A stretch of 64,000 nt of DNA from an uncultured delta proteobacterium (GTDB taxonomy: Bacteria; Desulfobacterota; Binatia; UBA9968), in assembly GCA_963760795.1 (NCBI GenBank), contig CAVXEP010000020.1, positions 1 through 64,000 of the forward strand, in the 5' to 3' direction. The position numbers were made by a program, and so were the translations under genes. Positions 11,268 to 20,706 of this stretch are shown here, one piece after another. Within the stretch, counting starts at the first letter, position 1; each line of letters starts with the position of its first letter. The notes beneath the pieces were generated by a model. That model saw only the letters and a program-made list of their open reading frames with translations. It was not told the origin of the DNA and did not search any database.

Positions 11268-12002
11268 CTACGCGGTCAGCGTCAGCAGAACATCGGCATA
11301 CCAAGCACAGTTGAGATTCAAGCGCTCGTCCTCGTCAATGTCGCGGTTGGCCACGTCCATGCGCGCCGAGTGGACGCCAAGCAGCGTCCAGGTGAGGTCG
11401 CCGCGACCGGAACGGTCAGTGGTAACGCGGGCGACCACCGGCGCGCCGCTGGTGCCGCGATGCATCCTGGCGTCGGTCAGAAAATAGCCTTGTCCCTGAA
11501 AACGAATGCCGAACGCCGAGGCGATCCCCGCGTGGCGCGCCACCGGCAGGTGATGCAGGTTGTCATGAAACCCCAACGGAAAGCCGACGATCAGCACTGC
11601 GGTGCCAACCTCGACCTGATCCAATTCAGCGACCAGATGAGCGGGTGTAAACGGCGAGAAAAGGACCGTCTCAGGCAAAGCCTGCCGGTGAATCTCCACA
11701 GCGACGACGTCAACAGTGCCGCCGGAATCGACGCCTTGGCGCCACAGCGCTTGGGTTCCTCCATAAAGCGGAATCGACCATTGGATCACATTAGCAATGT
11801 TTTGCCGATCGACGTGCAGCTCGATTGTCAGCCGGTCCGGCCGGTGATTGCTGGCCTCATCCAAGACGACGTGCCGGCTGGTCACTAAAAATAATCGGCC
11901 ATCGCGCTCGAAGAAAAATCCGGTGGCGCCGGTGAGCGGCTGGTCGCCCGACATCGTCGAGACCCGAGTTACCGCCAATAGCAAAGATTCAATCAAGATC
12001 AC
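11268..12002 (-). CDS. Trypsin-like (S1) serine protease
   Basis: ATGFF, VTSRHV (His), DVVAV (Asp), GTSGAPV (Ser). Confidence 0.85.
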   Translation of the reverse strand: MILIESLLLAVTRVSTMSGDQPLTGATGFFFERDGRLFLVTSRHVVLDEASNHRPDRLTIELHVDRQNIANVIQWSIPLYGGTQALWRQGVDSGGTVDVVAVEIHRQALPETVLFSPFTPAHLVAELDQVEVGTAVLIVGFPLGFHDNLHHLPVARHAGIASAFGIRFQGQGYFLTDARMHRGTSGAPVVARVTTDRSGRGDLTWTLLGVHSARMDVANRDIDEDERLNLNCAWYADVLLTLTA

Positions 12003-12019
12003 GCTCCTCGAAGTTGCGT

Positions 12020-13087
12020 TTATCTGCCGCTGGACTTGTAAAGTTGCGTCAAGAAGCCGCCCTTCTCAATCTCCTGCAAAAAACTGAGATCGGTAATATC
12101 GGCGGGTTGCAGCGCTCTGGCCTTTGCATCGTTTTCGCGGTCCAGGACGGACTGGAGCGCTTCTTTCATCGGCATGGGCAGGGCTGGTAGCCTATCTCTG
12201 GTTTCGTTGTAGAGTGGACTGACGATTTCGATTGGCAATCCCGCCATAAATTTTTGCATGACGCGGATCGATGCTTCGCGATTGGTTTTGAAAAAATGAA
12301 TGCCTTCGACGAACGCGCGCACGAAGCTCATCACTTCTTGGCGGTCACGGGCGATTTTACGCCGCGTCGTTGCCAGCGTTCCGGCGAGCGCCAGAACCTT
12401 CATATCTTCACCCGAAGCGATTTCTAACGCGCCCAGCCGCTTGGCCTGCAGGGCGTTAGTGCCGCCCGTCGCCCCCGCGTGGATCTTTCCCGCTGCGAGC
12501 GCCTGCACCGTGTTCGCCCCGCCGCCGGTCTGGAATATCGTCACGTCCAGATCGGGCCGCAGGCCGGCGCTTTTGAGCGCGATGCGCAGGAAGGTGTCCC
12601 CCTCGGAACCGTACTGGGTCACGCCAACGATCTTTCCACGAAGGTCGCCTAGTTTGCGGATTCCCGCCTGCGGGACGACGACGATCTGCTGCGTCGAGTA
12701 GTTCGTGATCGCCGCCAGGATCGCCGGATCTGCGCCGTTCAGCCGCGACCGAACCAGCGGTGTCACTCCCGCCATCGTATAATCGAAATTGCCGGCGATC
12801 AGCGACTGAACGTTACGCGGGCTGCCGCTCACGAGGACGACTTGAGCGTCAAGTCCGTGCTTATGGAAAATTCCGGTTTGTTGAGCGAGCGTTGGGATTA
12901 TCATCTGCTCGCTGGCGGCGACGTAAGCAACGACGATCTTTTTTCGTTCTTGAGCGCCGGCGAATTCATCGAGCGCCATGCCGTGGGCGCCGACCAGCAA
13001 GCCCACGGTGGCGCAGATCAGTGGCCAGTAAGTTATGCGTTGCGCTCGCCGGCTATTGATGGACACGGGTGAAAAATCCTGTGTCAT
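12020..13087 (-). CDS. ABC transporter substrate-binding protein, NMT1/TauA/SsuA-like (start uncertain)
   Basis: GIFHKHGLDAQV, DLRGKIVGV, C-terminal DLSFLQEIEKGGFL. Confidence 0.85.
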   Translation of the reverse strand: MTQDFSPVSINSRRAQRITYWPLICATVGLLVGAHGMALDEFAGAQERKKIVVAYVAASEQMIIPTLAQQTGIFHKHGLDAQVVLVSGSPRNVQSLIAGNFDYTMAGVTPLVRSRLNGADPAILAAITNYSTQQIVVVPQAGIRKLGDLRGKIVGVTQYGSEGDTFLRIALKSAGLRPDLDVTIFQTGGGANTVQALAAGKIHAGATGGTNALQAKRLGALEIASGEDMKVLALAGTLATTRRKIARDRQEVMSFVRAFVEGIHFFKTNREASIRVMQKFMAGLPIEIVSPLYNETRDRLPALPMPMKEALQSVLDRENDAKARALQPADITDLSFLQEIEKGGFLTQLYKSSGR

Positions 13088-14051
13088 CCAACTTTTTGCA
13101 CAGGCTCATGTCGGCGATGTCCTCCGGCTTGAGCTCCGCGGCTTTGGGGTTGATGCCATGTTGGGCCATCAGTTTTAACACCGAGGCGATACCCGCCAGA
13201 CTCGGGCATGGTTTGCGCGGAATGGTTTCGGCGATGGCGCGATAGGCGCTCTCCAAGCGGTCAGGCCGGTCGAGCCGCAAATTGCGCGCGATGCTGTCGA
13301 CGACGGCCTTTTTATTCGCCGGATTTTGCACGAACGCCGCGCCCTCGATCACCGCCTTGGCGAGATTTTCGACGATCAGCGGATTGCTGCGCATATATTT
13401 ACGCGAGGTCACCAAACCCGATGCCTGGTACGGCACGTTCGCCTTGCCCAGGTCGAACAATATTGGAAAACCCTGCTGGAGCACGACCTGCTCGACCTCA
13501 GGATTGAAAAACGCCGCGTCGATAGCGCCGGCGAAAAGCGAGCTCATGCGCTCGGGAGTGCTGCCGGTATTCAACAGCGTGATGCGATCGCGCCGCGGCA
13601 CCAAACCCAGTTGGTCCAGGCCAACGTAGGTGGCCATCGCCAGCGAGCCAGAGGGTGTGCCGATGCCAACTTTCTTGCCCTTCAAATCTTCGGCGCTCTT
13701 GATGCCCGGACGCACGTTCAAAAAGTAATTCAGTTTGTCTTCCATGCCGAGCAGCATCGTCATATCGCCGCCCGCGGTTACGGCGTTGGTCACATGGGAG
13801 GCACCGAGCAAGCCGAACTGAATATCGCCGGCGATCATCGACTGCATCGCCCGGCCGGCGATGATGAAAATCAACTGCGGATCGAGATTGTATTTGCGAA
13901 AGATCCCTTGCTCCTTGGCAAGCCACAGCGGCATCGCATTGCCGCCGATGGCGCCGTAAGCCAACAGAAACTTAACTGGACCTTCCGCCGCATGAACAGA
14001 GGTCAAAATCGTCCAGCAAAAACAACCGATCGCGAGCCATCGCAGCTTCAT
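13053..14051 (-). CDS. ABC transporter substrate-binding protein, NMT1/TauA-like
   Basis: Signal peptide; PLWLAKEQGIFRKYNLD, DLKGKKVGI. Confidence 0.88.
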   Translation of the reverse strand: MKLRWLAIGCFCWTILTSVHAAEGPVKFLLAYGAIGGNAMPLWLAKEQGIFRKYNLDPQLIFIIAGRAMQSMIAGDIQFGLLGASHVTNAVTAGGDMTMLLGMEDKLNYFLNVRPGIKSAEDLKGKKVGIGTPSGSLAMATYVGLDQLGLVPRRDRITLLNTGSTPERMSSLFAGAIDAAFFNPEVEQVVLQQGFPILFDLGKANVPYQASGLVTSRKYMRSNPLIVENLAKAVIEGAAFVQNPANKKAVVDSIARNLRLDRPDRLESAYRAIAETIPRKPCPSLAGIASVLKLMAQHGINPKAAELKPEDIADMSLCKKLDDTGFFTRVHQ

Positions 14052-14120
14052 TCGACGTGCCTCCGAATCCGCAACGGATTGAACGACTTGAACTCTGTGA
14101 ACGTCTCGAAGGAGTTCGGT

Positions 14121-14819
14121 TTAAGCCTTCTTCCGCCGACCCTGGCCAAACAAAATTTTCTTGCCTTCCTCGGTCATCCCCGCCGAGCCGACGTTGATCG
14201 TCTTGGCGAGCTCGTAGGCGCGCACCACGGCGGGACGTTTTTGAATCGTTTCAAACCAGCGCTTCAAGTTGGCAAAGTCATTTAAGTCCTGCCCCTGGCG
14301 CTCGTGCAGGACGATCCAAGGATAACAGGCGATGTCGGCGATGGAATAAGCGCCAGCGACGAACTCGCGGTCTTCAAGCCGCTCGTCGAGCACGCCGTAG
14401 AGCCGCTCGGTTTCTTTGGTATAGCGCTCGATGGCGTAAGCAATTTTCTCGGCGGAATAACCGCGAAAATGATGATTCTGCCCGAGCATCGGCCCGAGCC
14501 CACCCATTTGCCAGAAGAGCCATTGCATGACATCCGCGCGCCCGCGCACGTCGCGCGGTAGAAACTGGCCGCACTTATCGGCGAGATACTCGAGGATCGC
14601 CCCGGACTCGAAAATACTCAGCGGCCCGCCGCCGCCCGCCGGCTCATGATCGACCATCGCCGGAATCCGATTGTTCGGCGAAATTTTTAAGAACTCGGGA
14701 GCAAATTGCTCGCCCTTGCCGATGTTGATCGGTTTAATCGAATAAGGCAGCCCCGTCTCTTCCAAGAAAATGGTAATCTTGTGACCGTTGGGCGTCGTCC
14801 AGTAATACAGATCGATCAT
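14121..14819 (-). CDS. Glutathione S-transferase, YfcG/YghU-like (GSH-dependent disulfide oxidoreductase)
   Basis: MIDLYYWTTPNGHKI, ISPNNRIP, FESGAIL, MGGLGPMLGQNHHF. Confidence 0.92.
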   Translation of the reverse strand: MIDLYYWTTPNGHKITIFLEETGLPYSIKPINIGKGEQFAPEFLKISPNNRIPAMVDHEPAGGGGPLSIFESGAILEYLADKCGQFLPRDVRGRADVMQWLFWQMGGLGPMLGQNHHFRGYSAEKIAYAIERYTKETERLYGVLDERLEDREFVAGAYSIADIACYPWIVLHERQGQDLNDFANLKRWFETIQKRPAVVRAYELAKTINVGSAGMTEEGKKILFGQGRRKKA

Positions 14820-14858
14820 TGAAACCTCCAAGAAGCTGTGTGGTTTGGCGCTCCCCGC

Positions 14859-15869
14859 CTACTTGCCATAAACCCGGTCGATGAATCCATCTTTTTCCAG
14901 TTCCCGCACGACGCTGTCGTCGATCAAATTGTCCACCGTCACCTTGCTCCCGGGCGCCTGCTTCAAGGCTTCGTCGAGCTGGATTTTCATTCCTTCACGG
15001 CTCGTGTATGGGACACGCTCGAGGATTTTTGCCGTGGACTCGTAGGAACTGTCTAAATACGCTTTGTTCGCGCCGCGCAGATACTTGGCAACGACTTTTT
15101 GCGCGCCCTCTTTATTGGTCTTGAAATATTGCGATGCTTCGATCAGCGACATCATCACTCGGCGCACCACCGAACGATTTTTCGCCAGGTAGCTTTTCGT
15201 CGTGACCGCGCAAATGAACGGCAACGGATAAGGTTTTTTGAGATCCGACAGATTTGCCAGAATACGATGCGGCAAGCCGCCCGGAATCAGATGCACGTTA
15301 CCGGGCGGTGATGGAAATCCCGCGATCACGCCGCGGCTGAATCCGGCAGCGCGTTCCGCTGCCCCGCCAACTTGCAGGATCTTCACGTCGTCCATGGGAC
15401 GCAACCCCAAGCCCTTTAATAGCTCCCGCGCAGCCACGTCAGAGACGCTGCCGAAGCGGCTGATGCCGATCGACTTACCTTTCAAATCTTCCGCGGTTTT
15501 GACGCTGTCGAGCACTACCAGCTCGTAGGCCAATACATTGATCGTGCAACCGACGCTCACCGTGTCCGCGCCGCGCACGTTGGCATTGGCGACGCCGCTG
15601 CCGGCGGCATTGCCGACTTGAATGTCCTGGGCCATGATCGCTGAGATACCGACGGTGGTACTGCCAATATAAACCAACTCCACGTCGAGGCCATTCTTTT
15701 TGTACAGTCCGATCTCCTGCGGGATGGTCCAGATTTGATTGAGCGTATCGGTGGAACTGTAGGCGATCTTAATCTTGTCCTGGGATGGCGCCGTCAGTGG
15801 CCAGCCGCTAATGAGACAGAATAAAACGGAACTAAGAAAGCGGCGGTTGCTGCGACTTCTGTCGTTCAT
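14859..15869 (-). CDS. ABC transporter substrate-binding protein, NMT1/TauA-like
   Basis: Signal peptide; GLYKKNGLDVELV, DLKGKSIGISRFGS, ELEKDGFIDRVY. Confidence 0.88.
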   Translation of the reverse strand: MNDRSRSNRRFLSSVLFCLISGWPLTAPSQDKIKIAYSSTDTLNQIWTIPQEIGLYKKNGLDVELVYIGSTTVGISAIMAQDIQVGNAAGSGVANANVRGADTVSVGCTINVLAYELVVLDSVKTAEDLKGKSIGISRFGSVSDVAARELLKGLGLRPMDDVKILQVGGAAERAAGFSRGVIAGFPSPPGNVHLIPGGLPHRILANLSDLKKPYPLPFICAVTTKSYLAKNRSVVRRVMMSLIEASQYFKTNKEGAQKVVAKYLRGANKAYLDSSYESTAKILERVPYTSREGMKIQLDEALKQAPGSKVTVDNLIDDSVVRELEKDGFIDRVYGK

Positions 15870-15931
15870 AAGTCCTCCTTAAATGACAGCCAAGTGGAAG
15901 GGTGCGGCTAAATTCTTCCGCTCGCCGCTCT

Positions 15932-18172
15932 TCACCGCTGCGCCCGCAGCGCCGCATACACTTTTTCTGCTGTCACCGGCGTGTCGAAGATCCGCACGCC
16001 GCAGGCGTCGGCGACGGCGTTGGCGATCGCCGCCGGCGGCGTCACGTTGGCATGTTCGCCGATCCCCTTCGCTTCGTAGGGCCCGGGGCCGTTTTTACCT
16101 TTGACCAGCACGGTTTTGAATTTCGGAATATCGAGAATATTGGGAATCTTGTACTCGCCCAAGTTGGTGGTCGTCACCTTGCCCTGATCGTGGGTGAGCT
16201 CCTCCATCAGGCCGCTGCCGATCGCCATGATGGCCTCGCCGTCGATCTGTCCCTGATGACCTAATGGATTGATGATCGTACCGACATCGTGGGCACTGAC
16301 AAATTTAGTGAGCTTCACCCGGCCGGTGTCGCGATCGACTTCGACCTCGGCCACTTGAGCGATGAAGGAAGTCGACGAACCTTTGCGCGGCACTTCGGTT
16401 TCCACACTGACAGCTATCGGCGCGTCCGTCGAATTCACCACCTCGCTCAATGTCAACAACTTGCGCTTACTACCCTTGCTGGAAAACTGGCCCGACTTGT
16501 AAACCACCTGATCTTCCGCGCAGGCGAGCAACTGCGCCGCCTGGGCGTTGAGTTTTTTGCGCAATTCAGCCGACGCTTGAAACGCCGCCGCGCTGTTAAT
16601 ATTGGTCGAGCGGCTGCCGCCGAAACCGACATCGACACTGTACGAAACGTCCGCGGTGTTGCCGATGCGGCAGCGCACCTGTTCGTAGGGCACTTGCATC
16701 TCCGCTGCGACCGTCTGGCAGAGCACGGTCTGCAATCCGGTGCCCTGATCGCCGGCAACGGTGAACACGGTTAAGCTGCCGTCGAGCTCAGCCGTTAGGT
16801 TGACCCACACTTTGCCGGCGCCGGTGCCGCGCTCGTACATCGCCAAGCCGCGGCCGACGTTGGCGCGCTTGGGCGATTTCCATCCGGCGGCGTCGAGAGC
16901 GGCTTTCAAGGTCTCCTTCGCTTTTACACCGCTCCAAGATTTGCCCAGGGCATTCTCTTCGCCTTCGCCGACCAGATTCATCATGCGAAACTTGGCCGGG
17001 TCCATTTTCAATTCCTTGGCGATCAGGTCCATATGCGACTCAGAGGCGAACACCGCTTGAATCGCCCCCGGCGCGCGCCAGAAACCGCAAGGCACGGTAT
17101 TGGTGTAGACCTGCAACGCTTCCATATAGCTGTTATCGATCTTGTACGGTGTCGCCGAGCCGGCGCCGCCGATGCTGGCCCGCCCCGGTTTCATACCGGC
17201 GTAGGCGCCGGTGCCATGGATCGCCTGCAGATAACGCGCGGTCATCCGGCCATCGCGCTTGACGCCGGTTTTGACTTTGACAACCGTGTAGTGATCGGGA
17301 TTCATCGCCGTCAGTTCTTCGCTGTGAGTGAGCAGGATCTTGACCGGCCGCCTGGCCTGTTTGGCGAGAAAATAGCAGATCGGCAGTTCGCCGGCGCCGC
17401 TCTTGCCGCCGAAGTCGGCGCCGACGTGGACCGCTTGCAGGTGAATCTGTTTCGGCGCGATGCCCACCGCCTTGGCGAACTGGCCGCGCGAGCCGAACGG
17501 ACCCTTAGTCGAGGCCCACGCATTGACGGTGCCGTCGTCATCGATCTTGACGAGAAAAGACTGCGGCTCGAGATAGCCTTGATGATGGATCGGCATGCGA
17601 AAGGTATGCTCCAAAACCAGGTCGGCTTCGGCGAAACCTTTTTCGATATCGCCTTTGCCGAAGGTCAACTTGTTGAGCACGTTGCCGCCCGCCGGCGCCA
17701 TGATCTCCGCCGGCGCGCCGTCGTAAGCGGGCGCGTTGTCGTGCAGCACCGGCGCGCCCGGATTCATCGCTTCGAGCACGTCGAACACCGCCGGCAACTC
17801 TTCATAATCGACGTCGATTAAATTAATCGCCTCTTCGGCGGCATCGCGGCTCTCCGCCGCCACAGCCGCGACTTTGTCGCCGATGTAGCGCACTTTGTCC
17901 CAGCACAAAACGGGAATATCGCGAATGCTCTTGCCCTGATAATGCTCCGGCTCGTCTTTGCCGGTGACGATCGCCTTCACGCCCGGCACTTTCCACGCTT
18001 TTGAAGTATCGATGCTCTTGATCCGCGCATGCGGATATGGACTGCGCAAAATCTTTCCCCACAAAGCATCGGCGAAGTGCACATCCGCCCCATAAATCGC
18101 TGTCCCATTTACCTTTTCTGTCCCCTCAACCCGCCCGACTGAAGCGCCAATGATCGATGATGGTATTACCAT
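15932..18172 (-). CDS. Xanthine dehydrogenase/aldehyde oxidase family molybdopterin-binding subunit
   Basis: LRSPYPHARI, VGADFGGK, WRAPG, GQGTG, GFGGSRST, GQIDG, AKGIGE. Confidence 0.92.
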   Translation of the reverse strand: MVIPSSIIGASVGRVEGTEKVNGTAIYGADVHFADALWGKILRSPYPHARIKSIDTSKAWKVPGVKAIVTGKDEPEHYQGKSIRDIPVLCWDKVRYIGDKVAAVAAESRDAAEEAINLIDVDYEELPAVFDVLEAMNPGAPVLHDNAPAYDGAPAEIMAPAGGNVLNKLTFGKGDIEKGFAEADLVLEHTFRMPIHHQGYLEPQSFLVKIDDDGTVNAWASTKGPFGSRGQFAKAVGIAPKQIHLQAVHVGADFGGKSGAGELPICYFLAKQARRPVKILLTHSEELTAMNPDHYTVVKVKTGVKRDGRMTARYLQAIHGTGAYAGMKPGRASIGGAGSATPYKIDNSYMEALQVYTNTVPCGFWRAPGAIQAVFASESHMDLIAKELKMDPAKFRMMNLVGEGEENALGKSWSGVKAKETLKAALDAAGWKSPKRANVGRGLAMYERGTGAGKVWVNLTAELDGSLTVFTVAGDQGTGLQTVLCQTVAAEMQVPYEQVRCRIGNTADVSYSVDVGFGGSRSTNINSAAAFQASAELRKKLNAQAAQLLACAEDQVVYKSGQFSSKGSKRKLLTLSEVVNSTDAPIAVSVETEVPRKGSSTSFIAQVAEVEVDRDTGRVKLTKFVSAHDVGTIINPLGHQGQIDGEAIMAIGSGLMEELTHDQGKVTTTNLGEYKIPNILDIPKFKTVLVKGKNGPGPYEAKGIGEHANVTPPAAIANAVADACGVRIFDTPVTAEKVYAALRAQR

Positions 18173-18441
18173 GTTAGATTCTCCTAAGTGATGATAGAAG
18201 TTGTGCGGAATATAGCGTTAATCACTGCCAGCGGGCAACAGAAACATGCCGCGGCATGGCAAACAAGAAATTTTACCTGGACCTCTGCCGCGAAATTCAC
18301 CGACTGAGATACCAATTTTTCAGGGATATGCGCCAACTCATTTGCAATTACACACCTGGCCGCGCCGCGATCATTTTGGCTATCGGTTCCAGTTTGCTAT
18401 CTTGTGCCAAGGCGCCTAGAAAGATTGCGTAATATTTAACC

Positions 18442-19032
18442 GTGAACCCTGCACACTCGCCGCACTGCCGCGCCTGCAAAGAGCGCGTCCGCGATTTATT
18501 GAGCGCTAACTTCGGCGGCCGCCGGATTAATCAGCGGTTCCCTTGGTCGTCCTACCCGGAAGACTATAAAAACACACCGATCGGCAATCACCTGGAGCAA
18601 ATCCGCCGCGCCCTGGGCGACCTGCGCGGCCATCGCGACTTCATCAAGAGCGCGCAGATGCCCCCTTGCGACTACTTCGTTACCGACCCGCCATTTATCG
18701 TTGAGTTTGACGAGGACCAACACTTTTCGGGCGCGCGTCTCGTCACCCTAGTCAATTATCCAGCGAACGCCGCGATCGGCTTTCCAATCTCGCGTTGGCG
18801 CGGGCTCTGCCGTGAGATCGATGCAAAAGATGACGAGCCGTTTGACCGGGACGAACGGCGCGCGTGGTACGACACGCTGCGGGATTTGCTTCCAAACTTG
18901 CACGGATTTGCCCCAACGGTTCGGCTTTACGCTAAAGAATTCCCATGGTGTACACTCGACCCCGCTTCGGCGCATGGAGTGGAAAACTTTCGGACACTGC
19001 TTCGGGATCGGCTTCCGGATAGAATCCGTTAA
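18442..19032 (+). CDS. Hypothetical protein, possible PD-(D/E)xK/Vsr-like nuclease fold
   Basis: CDYFV..IVEFDEDQHF and RAWYDTLRD motifs; N-terminal CxxC. Confidence 0.5.
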   Translation: MNPAHSPHCRACKERVRDLLSANFGGRRINQRFPWSSYPEDYKNTPIGNHLEQIRRALGDLRGHRDFIKSAQMPPCDYFVTDPPFIVEFDEDQHFSGARLVTLVNYPANAAIGFPISRWRGLCREIDAKDDEPFDRDERRAWYDTLRDLLPNLHGFAPTVRLYAKEFPWCTLDPASAHGVENFRTLLRDRLPDRIR

Positions 19033-19137
19033 CGTAGAGACATTGCCGCAATCAACCGGATTAGGCAATTCGTAGCGGAATTATTCAATGAAATCAGGAA
19101 TAGCCCGTCGATGATATCCAAGCAGCCGCCCGCCAGC

Positions 19138-19174
19138 GAAGACTTTCTCTGTTTCATTCGTATTATGGGTTAAC
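19138..19174 (+). promoter_or_regulatory. Putative ECF-sigma promoter (copy 1)
   Basis: GAAGACTT-N12-TCGTATTA-N3-GTTAAC; same architecture at 20643. Confidence 0.7.
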
Positions 19175-19265
19175 GGAGCATTCTATCGAACCCTTTGGCT
19201 CCCAGGACGGATGATTGTATGATCGAAACGTTTCACCACACTTCTAAGGTTGCTCCAACGACACT

Positions 19266-19820
19266 ATGGCGACAGCTTGGCCCGATAAAGACGACAATGA
19301 ACTGCTGGCGTTGGTTCAGGACGGCAGCCATCCGGCTTTTGCCGAGCTGGTTCAGCGCCATACCGAGCGATTTTATCGCCTGGCATTTCGTTATCTGCAA
19401 AATAAACAGGCAGCCGAAGATGTGGTCCAGGACGCGTTTCTAAAATTATGGGAAGATCCGAAAAAATGGCAGGCCGACAAGAACTCGAAGTTTACCACCT
19501 GGTTTTATCGCGTCGTGGTGAATCTTTGCCTCGATTGGCAGAAGCGAAAACGTCCGGTGGCGTTAAACGAAGAAATGCCGCTGATCGACGACCGGGAGAG
19601 CGCCGATCAAGCCATGTTGCGCCGCGAAGAACAGCGAATCTTGGAGCAGGCGATCGCCGCCCTGCCGGAGCGCCAGCGTACCGCCATCAATCTCTGGTTC
19701 GACGAGGGCTTGAGCAATCAGGATGCCGCCGACGCCATGGGCGTGAATTTGAAAGCTTTGCAGTCCCTGATCATGCGCGCCAAGACCACATTGAAAGAAC
19801 GGATGAAAAATTATCTGTGA
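19266..19820 (+). CDS. ECF sigma-70 factor
   Basis: AEDVVQDAFLKLW, FTTWFYRVVVNLCLD, LPERQRTA..GLSNQDAADAMG. Confidence 0.93.
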   Translation: MATAWPDKDDNELLALVQDGSHPAFAELVQRHTERFYRLAFRYLQNKQAAEDVVQDAFLKLWEDPKKWQADKNSKFTTWFYRVVVNLCLDWQKRKRPVALNEEMPLIDDRESADQAMLRREEQRILEQAIAALPERQRTAINLWFDEGLSNQDAADAMGVNLKALQSLIMRAKTTLKERMKNYL

Positions 19821-19827
19821 GGATTTT

Positions 19828-20142
19828 ATGAGCGAATACCAGGACGAAAAATTAGAATCGATGCTGCGCTCACGGCGCGCGGAAACGGTGGCCCCGAATC
19901 TGGCCGGGCGGATCATTTTGCAGGCCCAGAGCTTGCCCCAGCTGCAAAACATTTCGCTTTGGCACTCGGTGCGCCAATTGTTCGCCGAATTTCATCTCCC
20001 GAAACCGGGCTATGTGCTCGCCAGCGCACTGATTTTGGGAATGGTGCTGGGCTTCAGCACGGCGCCGGAAAATAGCCAGTTGAGTGACGCTAGTAACGCG
20101 ACCGTACAGAGTTATATCGCTGGCGACGAGGAGTTGTTATGA
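19828..20142 (+). CDS. Putative membrane anti-sigma factor
   Basis: Directly after the ECF gene; one TM segment (YVLASALILGMVLGF). Confidence 0.65.
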   Translation: MSEYQDEKLESMLRSRRAETVAPNLAGRIILQAQSLPQLQNISLWHSVRQLFAEFHLPKPGYVLASALILGMVLGFSTAPENSQLSDASNATVQSYIAGDEELL

Positions 20143-20570
20143 GCCAGAAGACTAAACTGGCGTTTATCGCGTCGATCGTTTTGAACGTACTCCTGGTCGG
20201 CGTACTACTCGGGCAGTCGCCGCGCCGTTTCGACCCGGGCTCCATGCGCGAGCAGCGCATGGAGCAGGCAATCAAAGACCTGCCGGCAGCGTCACAGACC
20301 CGCTTGCGCGAGAGATTTAAGCAACTGCGCGCCACCGCCGAGCCGCTGTTCCGTGAAATGCGCCAGATTCAGGATGAATCGGCGCGGCTTCTGGCCGTCG
20401 AGCCCTTCGACGAAGCCGCCTTCGATGGGCAGCAAGCCAAGATCAACAAAATGCGCGCCGATATGACAAAAAAACTATCCGAAGTGGTCAAGAACGCCGT
20501 CAAGGACCTGACCCCTGAGGAACGGCAACGTTTCGCCGAACTGCTGCGTCGCCCGCCGCCACCGGCCTAA
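20139..20570 (+). CDS. Periplasmic heavy-metal sensor / Spy-CpxP-like protein
   Basis: SIVLNVLLVG anchor; EPFDEAA and LTPEERQRF motifs. Confidence 0.8.
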   Translation: MSQKTKLAFIASIVLNVLLVGVLLGQSPRRFDPGSMREQRMEQAIKDLPAASQTRLRERFKQLRATAEPLFREMRQIQDESARLLAVEPFDEAAFDGQQAKINKMRADMTKKLSEVVKNAVKDLTPEERQRFAELLRRPPPPA

Positions 20571-20604
20571 ACGACAATCCCCTGCAAAAACGCCCATTTC
20601 CAAA

Positions 20605-20633
20605 AGCGCCGGTAACCCCGGCGCCTTTTTTTT
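20605..20633 (+). terminator. Rho-independent terminator
   Basis: GCGCCGG..CCGGCGC hairpin followed by a T-run. Confidence 0.8.
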
Positions 20634-20642
20634 GCGTGCTCC

Positions 20643-20679
20643 GAAGACTTCCCTCGGCTAGGTCGTATTAACAGTTAAC
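20643..20679 (+). promoter_or_regulatory. Putative ECF-sigma promoter (copy 2) upstream of macA
   Basis: GAAGACTT-N12-TCGTATTA-N3-GTTAAC. Confidence 0.7.
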
Positions 20680-20706
20680 AACCTCCTAGAGGACGGGAAA
20701 AACCCT

